A DNA stretch of 10,355 nt, taken from contig JAHLWH010000036.1 in NCBI GenBank assembly GCA_019058015.1, positions 1 to 10,355 on the forward strand, read 5' to 3'. Source of the DNA: Promethearchaeota archaeon. GTDB taxonomy: Archaea; Asgardarchaeota; Lokiarchaeia; Sigyniarchaeales; SOKP01. The position numbers were made by a program, and so were the translations under genes. This document shows positions 1-7,805 of this stretch, piece by piece; within the stretch, counting starts at the first letter, position 1; every line of letters starts with the position of its first letter. Under the pieces are notes generated by a model. The model worked only from the letters and a program-made list of their open reading frames with translations, was not told the DNA's origin and did no database searches.

Positions 1-74
1 CGCCACTCATCAATATCTATATATGGCTCGGTGAATAGAGGATCGTTTGATTCAGTAGACTCATTTGCTTCTAT
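1..74 (-). CDS. 5' end of a gene running off the window; uncharacterised protein, N-terminus (I)EANESTESNDPLFTEPYIDIDEWR
   Basis: Manual translation of the minus strand. DPLFTEPYIDIDEWR resembles, from memory, the N-terminal DPxFxEPYIDxDEWR motif of a family often annotated as 'Tat pathway signal sequence domain'/PKD/tannase-like proteins. An SD-like AGGTGT (86..81) lies 6 nt before ATA at 74..72. There is no in-frame ATG/GTG/TTG after the TAA at 104..102. Confidence 0.5.
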   Translation of the reverse strand, partial: MEANESTESNDPLFTEPYIDIDEW

Positions 75-164
75 AATAATACACCTATTTTTTTTATTTA
101 GTTAATTTTTTTTTTAATTTTGAATTTTGTTTGACTTTAATTTTTAAATCCATTTTAATCAAAC

Positions 165-183
165 TTACGGTAATATACCGTAA
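165..183. promoter_or_regulatory. Perfect inverted repeat TTACGGTA-ATA-TACCGTAA, candidate repressor operator
   Basis: 8-bp perfect arms containing G/C in an otherwise almost pure A/T intergenic region. It lies just downstream (minus strand) of a TATA-like TTTTTATTA (195..187) and upstream of the gene at 74..1. Confidence 0.6.
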
Positions 184-207
184 AGCTAATAAAAAGAGAA
201 TTTCTTT

Positions 208-324
208 TTATATAATAATCTTAAGCTTGATTTTTTTATTTTTCCCTACTTCTAATATTTTATCAAATTGTTTTTTCTTTTTTTCGGGAGCTTTTGCTCT
301 TGTTTTTCTTTTTCTTTCAACCAT
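208..324 (-). pseudogene. Truncated N-terminal remnant of a TetR/AcrR-family regulator (38 aa: MVERKRKTRAKAPEKKKKQFDKILEVGKNKKIKLKIII*)
   Basis: ATG at 324..322, TAA at 210..208. RAKAPEKKKKQFDKILEVGK resembles helix 1 of TetR proteins (recalled Loki-type RARSPEKKxEQFxxILxxGK). The sequence then turns into A/T-rich non-homologous codons before the HTH. Confidence 0.55.
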
Positions 325-401
325 TATGTATTGAAATTATACAATAAAATAAAAATCATTTTATGATGATAGTATGAATTTTTTATTTTAAAAATTTTTA
401 G

Positions 402-1019
402 CTATACAATATCTACCATGCAAATATTAATCAAGTTCCAAAATTCCAGTAAATCTCTATTTATCATAGCTTGTAAGTGATACGAAGTTAAGAGTCCTAT
501 TTGGTGACAAAGACCAAGCATTTTCAATTTAGGAACCACTCTTTTCAACGCTAGACATATACGGGATACAGGATTTGAATAATTTATAAAAAAAGCATCA
601 GGATATATTCTTTGAACATCTTTAGCTATCTTGATAATTTCTGGAATTTGACGGGCACTATGGAAGAATCCTCCAGCACCACCATTCTCACCCATCCTTT
701 CAGTGGTCCCATGTTTTCTTGGGATTGTATTATCCTGCCAACGTAACTCAAATCGATCTCCATGTTCTGTAGAATTAATAATAAAATCTGCTCCTTTTAG
801 AGCTTTTTCTCTATTAGATGTACATTCTATAGTGAATTTATTTCCAATTTTCTTATTATCCTCTGATACAACTTCGTACACCATCTTTAACTTATCTTAG
901 TCTATATCTAGAAGCGTAATAGTAGATCCAGCCAAAATTTCACTTCGGTTTAAATCAATTAATGTTGGTGGGCCAAAAGCAGGACTACCTGCTCCAATTA
1001 GAACGATTTTACTATCCAT
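402..1019 (-). pseudogene. Glycoside hydrolase family 4 (NAD+/Mn2+-dependent alpha-galactosidase/alpha-glucosidase, MelA-like) pseudogene
   Basis: ATG at 1019 gives MDSKIVLIGAGSPAFG (GH4 Rossmann GAGS motif)...LLDID, then an in-frame TAA at 899..897. The same frame continues into the 884..402 ORF with ALKGADF, GENGGAGGFF, INYSNP and GLCH motifs. It stops at about 205 codons, before the GxNH motif; intact GH4 enzymes are roughly twice as long. Confidence 0.88.
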
Positions 1020-1074
1020 TATATTTCTTCAAATGAGAATAAAAAAATAAATTTCATTAAATTCTGTTAAAATG

Positions 1075-1096
1075 AAAAAAATTGTAATTAAAAAAA
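1075..1096 (-). terminator. Oligo-T tracts downstream of icd, possible archaeal-type terminator
   Basis: Two runs of 7 T on the minus strand 22-44 nt after the icd stop. T runs are common in this AT-rich DNA, so the evidence is weak. Confidence 0.3.
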
Positions 1097-1118
1097 TTCT
1101 TTAAAATTTCTGAAGTAT

Positions 1119-2309
1119 TTACTGATAACCTTTCCATTTTTCCTCAAGATTAGGATCTTGAATTGTCTCCATAATATATTTTGCATACTCTTCTCCTGTA
1201 GCACCAGTATCTCGACCAGTTAAGACCACCTTCTTTTCATAAGTTGCACAAATATCAAGAGCCATTTCAAGTTTATTAGCTTTTTCTGTAAAACCTATAT
1301 GGTTCATGAGTAATGCTGCTGCTTTAATGATACTAGAAGGATCAGCATATTGAGATCTACCTTCTTCAACCATCCGCGGAGCCGATCCATGAACTGCCTC
1401 AAACATTGCGTATCTTTTCCCAATATTAGCGCTACCAGCTGTTCCAACACCACCTTGAATTTGTGCCGCTTCGTCGGTAATAATATCTCCGTATAAATTT
1501 GGGGCAACTAAAACTTTAAATTGCGATTGACGAGCGGGATCTATTAATTTAGCGGTCATAATGTCGATATACCAATCGTCCCACTTAACTTCAGGATATT
1601 CTTTTGCTATTTTTTCAGCTATAGCAAGGAATTTCCCGTCTGTTGCTTTCACTACATTGGCTTTAGTTACAACTGTAACTTTGTTAATATTATTTTTCTT
1701 CGCATAATCGAAAGCTAACCGAATTATACGATCTGCTCCTTGGGTGGTAATAACTTTAAAATCAACGGAAAGATCTTCAGTAACATTTATCCCTTTGGAC
1801 CCTAGAACATAAGCTCCTTCAGTGTTTTCCCTAAAAAACATCCAATCAATACCAAGATTGGAGACTTTCACCGGACGGACATTTGCAAAAAGGTCCAATT
1901 CTCGACGAATGGAAACATTAGCACTTTCGATGTTAGGCCATTTATCTCCTTTTCTAGGTGTCGTCGTTGGTCCTTTTAATAGAACATGACATTTTTTAAT
2001 TTCTTCAAGAACATCTTCAGGTATAGCTTTCATAACTTTTGCTCTATTTTCGATAGTTAATCCTTCAATTACTCTCAACTCAACTTTTCCCGTTCTTATT
2101 TCATCTTGCAAAAGTAACTCAAAAATAATCTTAGCATGTTTAGTAATTATTGGTCCGATTCCATCTCCACCAACTATTCCAATAATTATAGGTTTTAATG
2201 TTGTATAATCAACCCAATCTCCCGCGCTTTTCATTCGTTCTACTCTTTCCAATTGTTCCTTCACAATTTTTTCAAAGTGGATTTTCGCATTTTCAATTAT
2301 TTTATCCAT
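1119..2309 (-). CDS. icd: Isocitrate dehydrogenase (isocitrate/isopropylmalate dehydrogenase family), 396 aa
   Basis: GDGIGP, LKGPTTTP, ESANVSIRRELDLFANVRP (IDH-type S-x-N plus arginines), FRENTEG, TKANV, NLYGDIITD and FEAVHGSAP motifs. Clustered with aconitase and ACL. Confidence 0.88.
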   Translation of the reverse strand: MDKIIENAKIHFEKIVKEQLERVERMKSAGDWVDYTTLKPIIIGIVGGDGIGPIITKHAKIIFELLLQDEIRTGKVELRVIEGLTIENRAKVMKAIPEDVLEEIKKCHVLLKGPTTTPRKGDKWPNIESANVSIRRELDLFANVRPVKVSNLGIDWMFFRENTEGAYVLGSKGINVTEDLSVDFKVITTQGADRIIRLAFDYAKKNNINKVTVVTKANVVKATDGKFLAIAEKIAKEYPEVKWDDWYIDIMTAKLIDPARQSQFKVLVAPNLYGDIITDEAAQIQGGVGTAGSANIGKRYAMFEAVHGSAPRMVEEGRSQYADPSSIIKAAALLMNHIGFTEKANKLEMALDICATYEKKVVLTGRDTGATGEEYAKYIMETIQDPNLEEKWKGYQ

Positions 2310-2376
2310 TTTTTTCCCAATTTCTTCTTTACTTTTTCTTTTTTTTTTAATTTGGTGCTCGTGATACTACAATTTT

Positions 2377-2399
2377 TTGATTAATTAAAAATTAATCAA
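2377..2399. repeat. Perfect inverted repeat TTGATTAATT-AAA-AATTAATCAA upstream of icd
   Basis: 10-bp perfect arms with a 3-nt spacer, overlapping a TATA-like TTTTAATTA about 75 nt upstream of the icd ATG. Very AT-rich, so chance occurrence is possible. Confidence 0.4.
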
Positions 2400-2464
2400 T
2401 TATTTCTTTTCGATTTCTAATTCCTTTTTTTCTAATAAAAAGTAAAAAAATTTTATTTTTTTTT

Positions 2465-4300
2465 TTAATCCGTAAATAGAATTTCATCCCAAGGTTGTCT
2501 ATATAATCCAGCTCTTTGGCGTTTCTGATCAAACACATGTCCCATCATTCCAATTGATCTTCCAAGTACAAATAATCCGTTTAGAGCTTCGCTGAATATA
2601 ACATCTTCAATTTCCTCTTTAGTAAAATCCAGATTTTCTAAGAGGTCTAAGAAAGTAATCCCAATACATCCGTCAACATTTAATATGAGATTATTCCTTT
2701 TGGAGGTGGTAAGTTTCTCAACTTCTAGAGCGTAATCAAGATGAGGATGTTTTTCAAAGTTTTTGAAGACAAATTCTTTCAATAATTGAACTCGTACATC
2801 AGGATTTTGAACTGATTTTATTCTATGACCGATTCCAGGGATGTTAATCTTCACGACATCTTTCATATAACCCATAAATTCTAATGGTTTCATTCCTTTT
2901 TGCAAAGCTTCTCTAAAATATTTCGCTGCGTTCGAGATAGCACCGCCGAATCGAGGTCCAATCGTTAATATACCAGAAGCAAGTGAAGACATAAGATCCT
3001 TACCCGCTCGAGCAGTAATAATCGCATTATGTGCCCCACTTACAGCTGGACCGTGATCTGCAGTTAATTTAATTACTATTTCAATAAATTGTTGAGCAAA
3101 TTCTGGTAATTCTCGCTTAAACCATAATAGACCAATTACATATCCAATTGATTTATTTTCTCTAATAATTTTATCTAATCCTACACCAGCAAAAGTGGGA
3201 ACATCACCCCGATCGTCCGAAATTGTAACAATAACGTTTGTAGGCTTTCTTACTAAGCCTAAACGCTGGGCTTCGGAAAAGTCCATTGGAACTTTAGGAG
3301 GTTCAAATTCATCAATTGGCACGATTTTTCTTTCTTTTTTTAATTTTTCAAATGTTTCTTTAATTTTTTTATCTAAATCTTCATAAGAATCTGGAACAAT
3401 TGCTCCAGCTTCTCTAAGAGCTTGGTTTTTCGCATCAGCAGTTTCTTTCTCGCTTCCAGCCATAGCACCAGCATGACCAAATTGTAATCCTTGAGGTAAA
3501 ATTTTTGCAGCGGTACCAGTTACCCATATGACCAATGGTTTTTTGATAGATCCATTTTTCATTGCTTCTACAATTGCATACTCATCTACTCCTCCTATTT
3601 CTCCTAGTACTACCAATATTTTAATTTCGGGATTTGCTTCATAACGTAGAAGGTGATCTATTAAACGAGAACCCGGATAACGGTCACCACCTATAGCTAT
3701 ACCTTCGTAGATACCATTAGTGCATTGAGAAATCATAAAATTCATTTCATTACTCATACCACCTGATTTTGAAACGAAACCAACTGAACCTGGGCGATAG
3801 AGTTTTGAAAGAATTATATTTTCAAGGGTTCCAGCTGTATTTCCAATTTTAAAATTGCCTGCTACTATTCCTCCTACTGTAGCAGGTCCTATAATAAATT
3901 TACCTCTTTCACGTGCGATTCTTATTAAATCGCGGCTTAATCTTTCTGGAATACCTTCAGCAATTATAACAACTGTTCTTATTGTATCTGATTCAAGAGC
4001 TTCCTTGCTAGTAGGATAAGAAGATCTAAAAGATGAAAAATTGATCATCACATCAGCTTTTGGATGCTTTTTAGTTGCTAATGATAGTGTTTTATAAATA
4101 GGAATAACAATTTCTTTATTGCTCCAAAAGACTTTATGATAGCCAATAGCTGCCGTCTGAGTTGGCCTAATTATTGCGGCAACTGACGGTTTTTTTCTTT
4201 TACAAACGAAATCAAAATCAAGCATTCGCTGGACGGGTCTTGTTTGAAAACCATAAATAATTGCTTGAGTATTTTTATCAAAAAGTTTATAACTTTCCAT
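2465..4300 (-). CDS. aclA: ATP-citrate lyase large (alpha) subunit: CoA-binding + phospho-His + citryl-CoA lyase domains, 611 aa
   Basis: QRMLDFD, IIAEGIPE, GPATVGG, SKSGGMSNE, GGDRYPG and FGHAGA (phospho-His) motifs; C-terminal citrate-synthase-like DHGPAVSGAHN, PGIGHRIK, LNVDG and GRSIG. Start re-assigned to the ATG at 4300, which has an SD GAGGT at 4311..4307 and removes the overlap with aclB. Confidence 0.96.
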   Translation of the reverse strand: MESYKLFDKNTQAIIYGFQTRPVQRMLDFDFVCKRKKPSVAAIIRPTQTAAIGYHKVFWSNKEIVIPIYKTLSLATKKHPKADVMINFSSFRSSYPTSKEALESDTIRTVVIIAEGIPERLSRDLIRIARERGKFIIGPATVGGIVAGNFKIGNTAGTLENIILSKLYRPGSVGFVSKSGGMSNEMNFMISQCTNGIYEGIAIGGDRYPGSRLIDHLLRYEANPEIKILVVLGEIGGVDEYAIVEAMKNGSIKKPLVIWVTGTAAKILPQGLQFGHAGAMAGSEKETADAKNQALREAGAIVPDSYEDLDKKIKETFEKLKKERKIVPIDEFEPPKVPMDFSEAQRLGLVRKPTNVIVTISDDRGDVPTFAGVGLDKIIRENKSIGYVIGLLWFKRELPEFAQQFIEIVIKLTADHGPAVSGAHNAIITARAGKDLMSSLASGILTIGPRFGGAISNAAKYFREALQKGMKPLEFMGYMKDVVKINIPGIGHRIKSVQNPDVRVQLLKEFVFKNFEKHPHLDYALEVEKLTTSKRNNLILNVDGCIGITFLDLLENLDFTKEEIEDVIFSEALNGLFVLGRSIGMMGHVFDQKRQRAGLYRQPWDEILFTD

Positions 4301-4313
4301 TTTATTACCTCTT

Positions 4314-5600
4314 CTAATTTTCATTAAGTGCAATTGACACAACTCGAGTCATATGTGTATATCGGTCGTAGACTTCAATCGGAACGCCAGTTTCTTTTCC
4401 CACTTGCTTCATGAGTTCTAGACCTTGTTTTTCATTAGGACCACCCCTACGAACAAATATTTTAACATTTGCATTTTTTAATTTGTCAGCAGATTTTCTA
4501 ATTGCGCTGACAATTCCAGTAAAGGTTGCCTTAACATCTGTAAAATTAGCAATTCCACCACCAATAATAAGATATTTCTCCCTTCCTTGGGGATCTGGGC
4601 TGGTTGAAATAAGATCAATTATATTTTGAGCATAAATTTCAGTGTGCTCACGAGAAGGATTGCCAGAATATTCACCATAATTGCCTAATTCATCTCCATA
4701 TCCTAGATCAACTATTGTATCAGTATATACAACTGATGCACCCCCACCCGCCACCATCGTCCAAATTCGTCCATCTCTATTTAAAATCTGAAATTTAAGA
4801 GAAGCACCTGTTTTTTCATCTAAATCCTTAATAAGAGCTTCTTCTTTTGCCATTTTTTGCCCAATACCAATTGGAAATTCAATTGGGTTATTTGGATTCC
4901 CCCAAGTATCAATATGTAAGAATGCAGCAGTATCATCTAATCTGGCTTTTAAATCTAGCGGAACAATTTTTTTATCCTCAGTAATTGCAAAAGGATTAAT
5001 TTCTAAAAAAGCAAAATCTTGAGCACAATAAACTTGAAAAAGACCTTTAATGAAAGGAATTAATACATCATTAAATTTTCCTAAATTAGGAAGTTTTGTT
5101 TCAAAATCGAAAGATTCGATATTTGTCCCAAATGGAACTGGAATATGAATTACTTTATCCCAGTTTTCTTCTACAAAAATACCTCCTTCAAAACTAAAAT
5201 GAATTAAATCATTATACCGATCAGATGTTATTGATATATAGTATTCAGTTTCATGGGGAGTGTATGGTTCTATTAATAAACGATTGAGAACACCTTTAAC
5301 ATTTCCTATTTTTAATTCCTGATCTAGTTTTTCTTCGGCAAATTTCTTTAATTGTTCTAAATTAGCATCTAGTAATATTAGATTAGCTTTGCCCCTCTTT
5401 CCAAAAAGTTGATCTGGTTTTGCTACTAATTTATCTGTTTTTAACCATGGATTTTCTGCTATAAATCTATCAAAATTAGCTAATTTCTCAGGAGTAATTA
5501 CTGCTAATTTTCCATGATAATTAAATTCTGGAAAATAATTAGGTAATTGACTCGCAACAAGTTTTTTTGCATCATATTCATATATATTTTTTTGTGCCAT
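4314..5600 (-). CDS. aclB: ATP-citrate lyase small (beta) subunit: ATP-grasp + citrate-binding domain, about 428 aa
   Basis: LVAKPDQLFGKRGK, FLEINP, LDLKARLDDTA, GRIWTMVAGGGASVVYTD, NYGEYSG, citrate-binding GGGIANFTDV and RRGGPN motifs. ATG at 5600 (MAQKNIYEYDAKKL) is preferred to TTG at 5606. Confidence 0.96.
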   Translation of the reverse strand: MAQKNIYEYDAKKLVASQLPNYFPEFNYHGKLAVITPEKLANFDRFIAENPWLKTDKLVAKPDQLFGKRGKANLILLDANLEQLKKFAEEKLDQELKIGNVKGVLNRLLIEPYTPHETEYYISITSDRYNDLIHFSFEGGIFVEENWDKVIHIPVPFGTNIESFDFETKLPNLGKFNDVLIPFIKGLFQVYCAQDFAFLEINPFAITEDKKIVPLDLKARLDDTAAFLHIDTWGNPNNPIEFPIGIGQKMAKEEALIKDLDEKTGASLKFQILNRDGRIWTMVAGGGASVVYTDTIVDLGYGDELGNYGEYSGNPSREHTEIYAQNIIDLISTSPDPQGREKYLIIGGGIANFTDVKATFTGIVSAIRKSADKLKNANVKIFVRRGGPNEKQGLELMKQVGKETGVPIEVYDRYTHMTRVVSIALNEN

Positions 5601-5606
5601 ATCCAA

Positions 5607-7529
5607 TTAACTCGCATACTTTTTTTTTATAAATGGCAGTTTTCCTCCTGCCTTTAAAACTATTATTTCCATCTCACTAAGAGAATGGGTAAGAGGTATT
5701 TCTAAATTCTTTGTTAGATTTTTCATGATGATCTTTTTACTATCTAGGGTTTTTAACTCAATATCAAGGAAATCACCTTGATCAATCTTATTATAATCTT
5801 CCTTTTTTACAAAAGTAAGAGGTGCGATCCCGAAATTAACAAGATTAGCTAGATGAATACGAGCAAATGATTTTGTTATCACAGCTTTGAGTCCTAGGTA
5901 TTTCGGGGCGATGGCCGCATGTTCTCTACTTGAGCCTTGTCCATAATTATCACCTCCGATAATAAAGCCCCCTTCTTTTTGTAAGGATCTATCAGGAAAT
6001 GTGGGATCTATAATATTGAAAACATATTTACTTATTTCAGGAATATTACTTCGTAATGGGAGTATTTTTGCACCTGCTGGCATAATATGATCGGTAGTTA
6101 TGTCATCCTCTACTTTTAATAGAACTTCTCCTGTTAGTTTATCTTGTAAAGGTTCGAATGCAGGTAGAGGTTTGATATTAGGTCCTCGGATGATTTCAAT
6201 TGAATCACCATCCTCTAAAGGCGATATAATCATATTATCGTTAATAATAAATTTATCTGGCATTTCTATTTTGGGATACTCACCAAACTTTCTCGGATCT
6301 GTTATTTTTCCAAATATACTCGACACTGCAGCTGTTTCAGGACTAACTAAATAAGCATTAGCACTTTTTGTTCCTGATCTTCCAAGGAAATTTCTATTAA
6401 AGGTCCTAAGAGATATTGCATCAGTTAATGGTGCCTGTCCCATTCCTATACAAGGACCGCACGTGTTCTCAAGTATCCTTGCTCCTGCTTTTATTAAATT
6501 GGATATTTCACCAGAGTTCACGAGATGATCTACGACTTGTCTAGATCCTGGCGAAATTGTTAAGCTAACATATTTATTGATTGTTTTTCCTTTTAAAATA
6601 TTAGCAACTATTTTAAGATCTCTTAATGAGGAATTGGTACAGCTTCCTATACAAATTTGATCAACAGACTTCCCCTCAACTTCTTTTACTAGTTTTACAT
6701 TTCCTGGACTATGCGGTAAAGCAATAAGCGGTTCAATCTCATTCAAATTTATTTCAATAATCTCATCATAAGTAGCATCATCATCGGGTTCTAAAGGAAT
6801 CCATTGATCTCCTCTCTCTTGGGATTCTAAGAATTTTTTAGTTGTTTCATCGGATGGAAATATTGAAGTTGTTGCTCCTGTTTCTGTTCCCATATTTGTA
6901 ATGGTTCCTCTTTCAGGAACAGATAAAGTTTTTATTCCCGGTCCAGTATATTCCAAAACTTTATTAACAGCCCCTTTAACACCAATTCCACGTAAAACTT
7001 CCAATATAATATCTTTTGCTGATACAAAATCACGGAGTTTCCCAGTAAGATGAACATTTACGACCTTTGGCATCTTTAAGTAAAAAGGTTCTCCAGCCAT
7101 AGCAGCGGCAACATCAAGACCACCTGCTCCTATTGCTATCATACCCACCCCACCACCAGTTGGTGTATGACTATCGCTTCCTAATAAAGTCTTTCCAGGT
7201 ACTGCAAAACGTTCAAGATGAAGCTGATGACATATACCATTTCCTGGACGAGAAAAGTAGATTCCATATTTTGCTGCAATACTTTGTAGATATCTGTGAT
7301 CATCTGCATTTCTGAAGTCTGTTTGTAAAGTGTTGTGATCCACATAACTAACAGATAATTCTGTTAGAACGCGAGGTACTCCCATAGCTTCGAATTGCAA
7401 ATAAGCTATGGTACCAGTAGCATCTTGAGTTAGAGTTTGGTCGATCTTTATACTAATATTACTGCCTTTTTCTAATTTACCATTAACAAGATGTTTATTT
7501 AAAATCTTTTCGGTTAAAGTGCTTCCCAT
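5607..7529 (-). CDS. acn: Aconitate hydratase, short (about 640 aa) Aquifex/clostridial-type [4Fe-4S] enzyme
   Basis: TQDATGT, DHNT, GICHQ, DSHT, IGSCTNSS and CGPCIGM (three cluster Cys), SLRTFNRNF, ITTDHI and GQGSSREHAA motifs in one chain. ATG at 7529 is preceded by GGTTGA. Confidence 0.93.
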   Translation of the reverse strand: MGSTLTEKILNKHLVNGKLEKGSNISIKIDQTLTQDATGTIAYLQFEAMGVPRVLTELSVSYVDHNTLQTDFRNADDHRYLQSIAAKYGIYFSRPGNGICHQLHLERFAVPGKTLLGSDSHTPTGGGVGMIAIGAGGLDVAAAMAGEPFYLKMPKVVNVHLTGKLRDFVSAKDIILEVLRGIGVKGAVNKVLEYTGPGIKTLSVPERGTITNMGTETGATTSIFPSDETTKKFLESQERGDQWIPLEPDDDATYDEIIEINLNEIEPLIALPHSPGNVKLVKEVEGKSVDQICIGSCTNSSLRDLKIVANILKGKTINKYVSLTISPGSRQVVDHLVNSGEISNLIKAGARILENTCGPCIGMGQAPLTDAISLRTFNRNFLGRSGTKSANAYLVSPETAAVSSIFGKITDPRKFGEYPKIEMPDKFIINDNMIISPLEDGDSIEIIRGPNIKPLPAFEPLQDKLTGEVLLKVEDDITTDHIMPAGAKILPLRSNIPEISKYVFNIIDPTFPDRSLQKEGGFIIGGDNYGQGSSREHAAIAPKYLGLKAVITKSFARIHLANLVNFGIAPLTFVKKEDYNKIDQGDFLDIELKTLDSKKIIMKNLTKNLEIPLTHSLSEMEIIVLKAGGKLPFIKKKYAS

Positions 7530-7644
7530 CACTATCAACCAAATATTTTAATTTTTCTTTTAAATTTACTTTTTAATTGCATTAAGAACGTGAATTATTA
7601 TCATTTCTGAACAATAAAAACGACAATATGATTAGATCAACAAT

Positions 7645-7660
7645 CTTAATAAATTTTTCT
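7645..7660 (-). promoter_or_regulatory. Candidate archaeal BRE/TATA promoter of the acn-aclB-aclA unit
   Basis: The minus strand reads AGAAAAA-TTTATTAAG (purine-rich BRE followed by a TATA-like box) about 115 nt upstream of the acn ATG. Confidence 0.4.
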
Positions 7661-7805
7661 TTTAATATTTAGGAACTAACGCCCATTTTTTTCCCGTTAT
7701 AATTTTAAATTTTAATCTGTTATATATTGAATTTTTTAAGAAGAAGATAAAATAATGTGAAAATTAGTGATAATAACTATATTTTTATTTTATTATTGGT
7801 CTTAA

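Noticed and set aside
131-334. 67-aa Phe/Leu-rich plus-strand ORF that looks like a membrane peptide
   Set aside because: It is the antisense shadow of the Lys-rich TetR stub and poly-T intergenic DNA, with a TTG start and no SD.
897-899. Possible stop-codon recoding or readthrough of TAA in the GH4 gene
   Set aside because: TAA is the normal stop of icd, aclA, acn, proC, GNAT and mfnB here, and the gene is also truncated.
4301-4342. N-terminal extension of aclA overlapping aclB
   Set aside because: The ATG at 4300 has a good SD and matches where homologs begin.
2465-5600. Succinyl-CoA synthetase or citryl-CoA synthetase annotation
   Set aside because: The fused citryl-CoA lyase domain and ACL-specific citrate-binding motifs identify ATP-citrate lyase.
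703-7315. Short ORFs 703..900, 1304..1507, 3195..3386, 4411..4629, 6100..6354 and 7133..7315
   Set aside because: Antisense or alternate-frame shadows inside recognisable genes.
1119-7529. LeuB/LeuCD or homoaconitase pathway interpretation
   Set aside because: The single-chain aconitase, the IDH-type SAN motif and the linkage to ACL favour citrate/isocitrate, though this is not proven biochemically.
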